Below the pieces are notes generated by a model. The model did no database searches and was not told the origin of the DNA. It saw only the letters and a program-made list of their open reading frames with translations. A stretch of 45,087 nt of DNA from a virus (taxonomy: Duplodnaviria > Caudoviricetes): positions 1-45,087 of the IMG/VR virus record IMGVR_UViG_3300037044_000019, one strand, 5' to 3'. Made by a program: the position numbers and the translations under genes. Below are positions 44,238-45,087 of this stretch, piece by piece. Positions within the stretch are counted from its first letter, which is position 1. Every line of letters begins with the position of its first letter.

Positions 44238-44577
44238 GGTTGGCCTTGCCTTTCTCGTTCGCCAACTCCAACAACACGTCAGCGTGGCAGGGTTGGTCAA
44301 GTGGGCACCAGCAGGCGAGATCCTTGCCGCGCAACTCACGCCTCACGTCAGCCAGCGTGGTCGGCGGCCAACCAGGGATCTTCCCTTTCGGCCACTTATC
44401 ACAAGGCACCGACCACCACGCTCCGTGTTCGTGGAGATGTCGCCTAAAGCTATCGACAAGGATGCTGGGCGCGACGCCCGAGAATGGGTTTCCCCACTTC
44501 GAGCCGCGCCCGACGTAGACCGCGCCTTCGGGCATGCGCCAGTCCTTTGTGCGCTTGCGCTGGATCCGCTTCGGCAT
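44230..44577 (-). CDS. DUF4326-family protein
   Basis: MPKRIQRKRTK.WRMP..AVYVGR.SKWGNPF...LRGKDLACWCP..PCHADVLLELAN. Confidence 0.85.
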   Translation of the reverse strand: MPKRIQRKRTKDWRMPEGAVYVGRGSKWGNPFSGVAPSILVDSFRRHLHEHGAWWSVPCDKWPKGKIPGWPPTTLADVRRELRGKDLACWCPLDQPCHADVLLELANEKGKANRD

Positions 44578-44759
44578 CACGCCCCGCCTCTCATGCTGCC
44601 CCGGATGTCGCCAAGGATGAAGATGAGGGCCGCGATCAGGAAGATCACCCATGCCCGCCAGTCCTTGGCGCAGAAGTCCTTGCCGACGATGTTCTGAAGC
44701 ACCGAACCGAGCAGCGCCATAAGCGTGATGTAGCCCATGTAAACAGCCGCGAGTTTCAC
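44577..44759 (-). CDS. small two-TM membrane protein
   Basis: GTG start overlapping upstream stop; two hydrophobic helices. Confidence 0.5.
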   Translation of the reverse strand: MKLAAVYMGYITLMALLGSVLQNIVGKDFCAKDWRAWVIFLIAALIFILGDIRGSMRGGA

Positions 44760-44962
44760 ACCCCACCGCCTTTCGCGTTCCGGTCGTTGATGACTTCCCA
44801 CATCCGGCGAATCGTCGCGGCCTGCGCCTGGCACTGCTCGACCACGACGCAGCCCCGGCAGTCCTGGCCCTGGGCGTAGCCATAGCGGTAGCCGACGCGG
44901 TAGGCGCCGACCAGCGCGATGAACAGGCCGAGTAGGGCGCTGGTCCAGGCTTCAGGCGTCAC
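44756..44962 (-). CDS. small membrane-anchored protein
   Basis: N-terminal TM, GYRYGYAQG, CxxC. Confidence 0.55.
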   Translation of the reverse strand: MTPEAWTSALLGLFIALVGAYRVGYRYGYAQGQDCRGCVVVEQCQAQAATIRRMWEVINDRNAKGGGV

Positions 44963-45087
44963 GCTTGGCCTCCCACGCCCCGCAGCGGTTGCCTAACGTC
45001 TCGCACCTTGTCCAACTCTCGAAACGTGTGCCTTGGTCGCTGACCTCGACGTGCTTGGTCAACTCACAATCCCCATATCCATCGGTG
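44952..45087 (-). CDS. 3' part of junction-spanning Cys-rich protein (starts at 209)
   Basis: in-frame continuation ending CETLGNRCGAWEAKRDA*. Confidence 0.7.
   Translation of the reverse strand, partial: TDGYGDCELTKHVEVSDQGTRFESWTRCETLGNRCGAWEAKRDA

Noticed and set aside
1-45087. Integrase, tRNA, reverse transcriptase/DGR, tape-measure gene, stop-codon recoding
   Set aside because: No recognisable motifs by eye; core genes are intact in the standard code

Overview
This window appears to be a complete, circularly permuted, GC-rich dsDNA tailed-phage genome of about 45 kb; one ORF reads intact across the 45087/1 junction. The + strand late module (5515-32194) runs small and large terminase, a hexapeptide-repeat acetyltransferase, portal, an unusual GroES, scaffold, capsid proteins, podovirus-like tail and ejection proteins, and lysis genes. 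The - strand early module (45087->32321 and 5395->1) carries an SSB-like protein, a PD-(D/E)XK nuclease, a replication initiator with iterons, a DNA methyltransferase and many small ORFs. I saw no integrase, DNA polymerase, tRNA or CRISPR. The most striking element is a candidate phage-encoded ulosonic/nonulosonic-acid glycosylation system. An 8-kb early cluster encodes a NeuB-family synthase, a NeuA-family cytidylyltransferase, an SDR, a fused transketolase, two glycosyltransferase-like proteins and a nucleotidyltransferase-methyltransferase fusion. A CstII(GT42)/Maf-like transferase sits among the tail genes. Several predicted exterior virion proteins are conspicuously enriched in Ser-Thr dipeptides (STAA six times), whereas the major capsid has none, which suggests a glycosylated virion (inference). 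Also visible are a conserved phage promoter family, several apparently leaderless genes, and small genes flanked by duplicated RBS/ATGA junctions. All functional calls come from motif recognition by eye; no database searches were run.
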